A model generated the notes under the pieces. That model worked only from the letters and a program-made list of their open reading frames with translations. It had not been told where the DNA came from and did not search any database. A stretch of DNA of 24,879 nt, from NCBI GenBank assembly GCA_024626585.2, contig JANKJI020000002.1:159343453-159368331 (forward strand). Direction: 5' to 3'. The translations under genes and the position numbers were made by a program. Of the stretch, positions 20,115-24,879 are shown one piece after another (position 1 is the first letter of the stretch; each line of letters opens with the position of its first letter). This DNA comes from Ginkgo biloba (taxonomy: Eukaryota; Plantae; Ginkgophyta).

Positions 20115-21889
20115 NNNNNNNNNNNNNNNNNNNNNNNNNNNNNNNNNNNNNNNNNNNNNNNNNNNNNNNNNNNNNNNNNNNNNNNNNNNNNNNNNNNNNN
20201 NNNNNNNNNNNNNNAATATTCTCTTTTCAAAAGAAAAAGCTTAGCAATTTCTCATCAAAAACTTTTGATAAATATAAAATTTTACAAAGATAGAAAATGC
20301 AGATCTTAGGCAACAAGGAAATAAGTAATCTAGAAGACATACCATTGTTTGGTGAATGCAGATTCTAACATCTAGTCTAGATAACTAAAAGTATTTGATC
20401 TATTTGATTATTAAATAGTGATTATGAATAAATTTCCAAGATCTTGGAAATGTCCTTTTCTATGGTTGTTCTTCCTATGTGTTCTCATATAAGAGTAATG
20501 TCCTTTAGCTTCTGGTTAACAACTAAGAATAGGATTCATTGTGCACATCTAGATCATATAAAGACTATGGATATTCCTCCTCCTTATGTCTATAAGCATC
20601 AAATGAGAAAAGAGCATTGTTTCTTTTTCATCCTATTCGATTTGTAGGGTAAGAGGTAAACCTCAAATGATAATGCCTTTCTCAACCTTGTTCAGCATAT
20701 TGCTCATCTCTTAACTAATTGAATGCCTAACTACTAATTTGTTTGTATGATTTGTAAACTTGACATTTTACATGGAAATTTTACCAAAATGCAACAAGTC
20801 TTATGGTTGTTTGTTTGGTCTTACATATGGGTCTCACCCATCCATGATCAATAATGGTGTCTACATGAATCAAATGGTAAATGGAGCAAAATAGTTCTCT
20901 TCATACAATTTTGTCTATTATATCTATTCTCATTCTATTTAATTTCTTTTTGTTGACATTCTATAGTTTCTTCTAGTATGATTCTTTCTTGATTCTTCAT
21001 TTTGCAATCCATGTTAGCAAGGATGTTTTGACATGAATCAACTAATTCTTGACAACGATTATGGCTTAGACCAGCATAGTATATAGTGAGAACCAACAAA
21101 GTTTGAGTAGAGTGTGAATTTGATAGACAACATGCATAGTACAGACCCAATGATAAGGAAGATAAGCCAACAACATATAGAGTACGATTGATGACATAAG
21201 GAATGGATCAATCCAAAACAAACAATGAAACAAGTGTCNNNNNNNNNNNNNNNNNNNNNNNNNNNNNNNNNNNNNNNNNNNNNNNNNNNNNNNNNNNNNN
21301 NNNNNNNNNNNNNNNNNNNNNNNNNNNNNNNNNNNNNNNNNNNNNNNNNNNNNNNNNNNNNNNNNNNNNNNNNNNNNNNNNNNNNNNNNNNNNNNNNNNN
21401 NNNNNNNNNNNNNNNNNNNNNNNNNNNNNNNNNNNNNNNNNNNNNNNNNNNNNNNNNNNNNNNNNNNNNNNNNNNNNNNNNNNNNNNNNNNNNNNNNNNN
21501 ATTTAAATGATTTAAAATGTAATTTAAATATTAGTTGGGTTAGTTGTGTAACTACCCAACTAATTGCAATCATGTTAAAAGGCGAATTGACGAGAAAATA
21601 GAGAGATCAAAGAAGTTAGAAGACCATATTGTATCCTTAGTAGCCCCTTTAGGGATATTGGGTGTCTATTATGTTCAATGAGTCATCAACAAATTCATCT
21701 TGCATATCACTATCATTATTGATGTATGCCTCTATTCGTTATTATCGCCATATTATACACTACTATGTTAATGTCCAATAGACATGCAAAAAAACCTTAT
21801 GGAATTTTTTTAAATATAATTCACATTATTCATATGAAGTATATGGATTGCAACTCTACATTCACATAGTGATGAAGTCCTAGCATTTG

Positions 21890-22372
21890 TGTAACACCGG
21901 TAATAACGGTTTTGAAGAGACTAGCATCATAGGTAGCATAGAAGAATATGGAAGGGGCAACAAAAATCAGTATTGGTGGATGCAAAACCATCAATGGAAG
22001 AAGAAACTAGAGACCACAACTATATTTTCCCCTTGCTAATGCTCCCAACATTGAATGAAGACTCTATTTTTTTCTACTTACTGTAGTTCCTTCTATGTTT
22101 CTTAGAGAGATCCCATAGGGCTATTTGACTCTATCATTAGTTCCCCAAAGTTCCTATAGAGATGATGCATATCTTTGTTTCTTGTTATTGTAACTCAAAT
22201 CAATTTGTAGAAGGTTTGGTTCCTTCTATGATATTTTGGAGCATTATATGTCATCTATGAAGTTTATTATCAATGAAACAACCTCATTGAGTATCATGGG
22301 TGTATTTTTGTCCTTCGTAGAGGTTTCCAATTATAGATTGAATCTCTCAATTCCCCTTATGTATTCACCACA
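21890..22372 (+). mobile_element. Possible LTR remnant
   Basis: It starts TGTAACACC, has a U5-like GTGTATTTTTGTCC...GGTTTCC tract and ends ...CACA. No TSD or clear PBS was found. Confidence 0.2.
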
Positions 22373-24231
22373 ACTAGTTTATAGAATCGCTTCAAAATAA
22401 AAAGAATAATCGTTAAGGTTCCCATAAAATATATCATTAGCGTTTTACTATTTGAAGGGATGATCTTATTAGTGTTCTTATGACCATTCGTGTGGATTGA
22501 TTGGAAATGGAAAAAAGGGCTGAAGGATTATCTTGATACCTTTTGTTCTAACATTTTTATAAGTTCACTTTCATCTTTACCTTAAACTTTATACTTCCAT
22601 TTTATTCCTTGAAGAAGACACAATGGAATTTTTAATGTCTATTGTATATACTTTTTATCATTATTATCCATACAAGTTGTTAGAGATATTCTTTACCTTC
22701 ACGTGATCCTTTATTTACATGGCAATCAATAAAGGCCTTGTGTTAAAGCATGGTCAATAACATGAAAATGTTAGTTACATTGAATCTTATAAGTATGATT
22801 ATTGTACCTTGTATGGTTAACCTTGAATTCATTAGTTCATAAATATATCGAGTGCTAAGATTACATTTGAATAAAGTCAAGGCTATTAATATTTATTGCT
22901 CATTCCGTTATTATCCATTGATTATCCTTGTTTCAAGCTTATTAAGAATCCATCCATGATTGAAACACTTCTTAGAGAACCTACTTAATTTGACCTAATG
23001 TCAAGAAAGAGACACCGATTTCCTCTAAAGGCTTAAATCCCTATTTTGTNNNNNNNNNNNNNNNNNNNNNNNNNNNNNNNNNNNNNNNNNNNNNNNNNNN
23101 NNNNNNNNNNNNNNNNNNNNNNNNNNNNNNNNNNNNNNNNNNNNNNNNNNNNNNNNNNNNNNNNNNNNNNNNNNNNNNNNNNNNNNNNNNNNNNNNNNNN
23201 NNNNNNNNNNNNNNNNNNNNNNNNNNNNNNNNNNNNNNNNNNNNNNNNNNNNNNNNNNNNNNNNNNNNNNNNNNNNNNNNNNNNNNNNNNNNNNNNNNNN
23301 NNNNNNNNNNNNNNNNNNNNNNNNNNNNNNNNNNNNNNNNNNNNNNNNNNNNNNNNNNNNNNNNNNNNNNNNNNNNNNNNNNNNNNNNNNNNNNNNNNNN
23401 NNNNNNNNNNNNNNNNNNNNNNNNNNNNNNNNNNNNNNNNNNNNNNNNNNNNNNNNNNNNNNNNNNNNNNNNNNNNNNNNNNNNNNNNNNNNNNNNNNNN
23501 NNNNNNNNNNNNNNNNNNNNNNNNNNNNNNNNNNNNNNNNNNNNNNNNNNNNNNNNNNNNNNNNNNNNNNNNNNNNNNNNNNNNNNNNNNNNNNNNNNNN
23601 NNNNNNNNNNNNNNNNNNNNNNNNNNNNNNNNNNNNNNNNNNNNNNNNNNNNNNNNNNNNNNNNNNNNNNNNNNNNNNNNNNNNNNNNNNNTACACCCAT
23701 TGGAGGAAGCAGAGGGAAGGTATTGGGAACAAGTAAGCATATATCAAGGTTGGATGACCCAAAATAAGTCATAATGGAGGAAATATGAGGAATATTTATG
23801 CTTTGGATAAAAAGGACTCCTCCTTTGCAAGAGCGAACAACTATAACAATTCTCACCTTTACAATAGAGAAGATAAAACCCCAATCTAAAACCCAGTCGA
23901 CGATGAANNNNNNNNNNTTTATGATGGAGTGAGACCCAAAGTAGAAACAAGAAAAGTGAAATGGATAAGTCAGGTTCTGATAAGTCTCAAGAAGACCTCA
24001 TGGTTTTTGAGATCAATACAAATATCATATGCAACCCTAAATTAAGAAAAAAATTGTAGTTTGGTAGTTGAGGAAACCACTGTCAAAATGACTAAATCAG
24101 AAGTGCCACCAACCATAATCCAAGAGTAAAAAACATGATATAATATGAGGAAGAACTCATTATACCTCTATATGGTGTGCTAATCTCACATAAGTCAAGT
24201 TAATCCCATTGATACCCATAGTGGAAAGAAT

Positions 24232-24330
24232 TACAAAGACAATAATATAAACAATGGCAATGATAATAATAATAACAATGGTGGCAATAACAACAATGGA
24301 AACAATGACAATTACAATAATGGAAAAAAT
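24232..24330 (+). repeat. Cryptic AAT/AAC trinucleotide repeat encoding an Asn/Gly-rich tract upstream of the gag core
   Basis: It reads KDNNINNGNDNNNNNGGNNNNGNNDNYNNGKN on the plus strand. Confidence 0.85.
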
Positions 24331-24339
24331 AGAGAAGGT

Positions 24340-24830
24340 GGTTACCATCGAACAACTTATCCCACTTGATATTTGATGAGTGTGCAAATTTCTTTGACGT
24401 TTTAACATTATTTTAAAAAAAAAGCGCACTTCACCATATAATTGTTGAAGATGAAATCAAGAGTAGGTTTTTCGAGATACTTTGAGATGATGCCATATTT
24501 TGGTATTGGTACATGAGAGATAGACTCTGGTTCAAAATTCAAGATCTATATCTTGACTATTTTTGAAAATTTGAAACCCAACATCCATTATCATGGAACT
24601 ACATGAGATTTGACAATGGCATGGCAAGGCCATACAATACTAAATGGATGATTTTAGGTGTTAACTGCCAAACTAGATGCAAATAATGACATGACATCAG
24701 TCCAAATGTTGCAATACTTCATAGGAGGATTTCTACCAACATTTCAATGTAAAATTTGTCAATACCCAATAGAGAATTGCAAACAAGAATGACAACCTAT
24801 CATGGCCTTTGAAAAGCAAATGTAGAACAA
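24340..24830 (+). pseudogene. Ty3/Gypsy gag (Retrotrans_gag-like) relic
   Basis: With frameshifts it reads EDEIKSRFF/DTLRDDAIFWYWYMRDRLWFKIQDLYLDYF*KFET/IIMELHEI*QWHGKAIQY*MDDFR/TAKLDANNDMTSVQMLQYFIGGFLPTFQCKI, fitting the gag L...A..W...W..+...F...L..++Q..GE.+..Y...F...F+.GL.P pattern. Confidence 0.8.
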
Positions 24831-24879
24831 CCAATCTTGTAATTACCATCCAAAGTGGGAGCATAAGGATTATTGTCAT

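Noticed and set aside
1667-23856. Long ORFs in the supplied track (e.g. 1667-2467, 8965-10053, 8988-10124, 23025-23856)
   Set aside because: They consist almost entirely of X from N gaps and are artefacts.
24160-24429. Minus-strand ORF with a long hydrophobic IIVIVIV stretch (apparent membrane protein)
   Set aside because: It is the antisense shadow of the AAT/AAC repeat on the gag strand.

Overview
This is eukaryotic, AT-rich, non-genic DNA that looks like a large plant genome. It is most consistent with a gymnosperm, inferred from the element types and the strong CG/CHG decay. I found no intact protein-coding, rRNA, tRNA or CRISPR feature. The window is a patchwork of short assembly pieces: six gaps of exactly 100 N, plus other gaps, with the sequence type changing at the 100-N joins. 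It holds decayed transposable elements: a CRM-like chromovirus integrase-chromodomain-PPT-LTR end (12.8-14.2 kb), a LINE L1-type ORF2 (16.2-19.0 kb), Ty3/Gypsy gag and protease relics, two tRNA-iMet primer-binding sites, a probable solo LTR with a target-site duplication, three copies of an LTR-like repeat carrying 20-21 bp arrays, a relic accessory (non gag-pol) ORF and a possible hAT transposase relic. The most notable signals are motif arrays spaced at 10.5 or 21 bp in unrelated LTR-like sequences (one is six phased W-boxes), the accessory ORF, and a small CHG-rich, intron-like island at 3.9-4.5 kb that may be a piece of a host gene. I cannot support a complete new biological system from this sequence; the candidates are listed as hypotheses. 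All protein assignments are by-eye motif matches.
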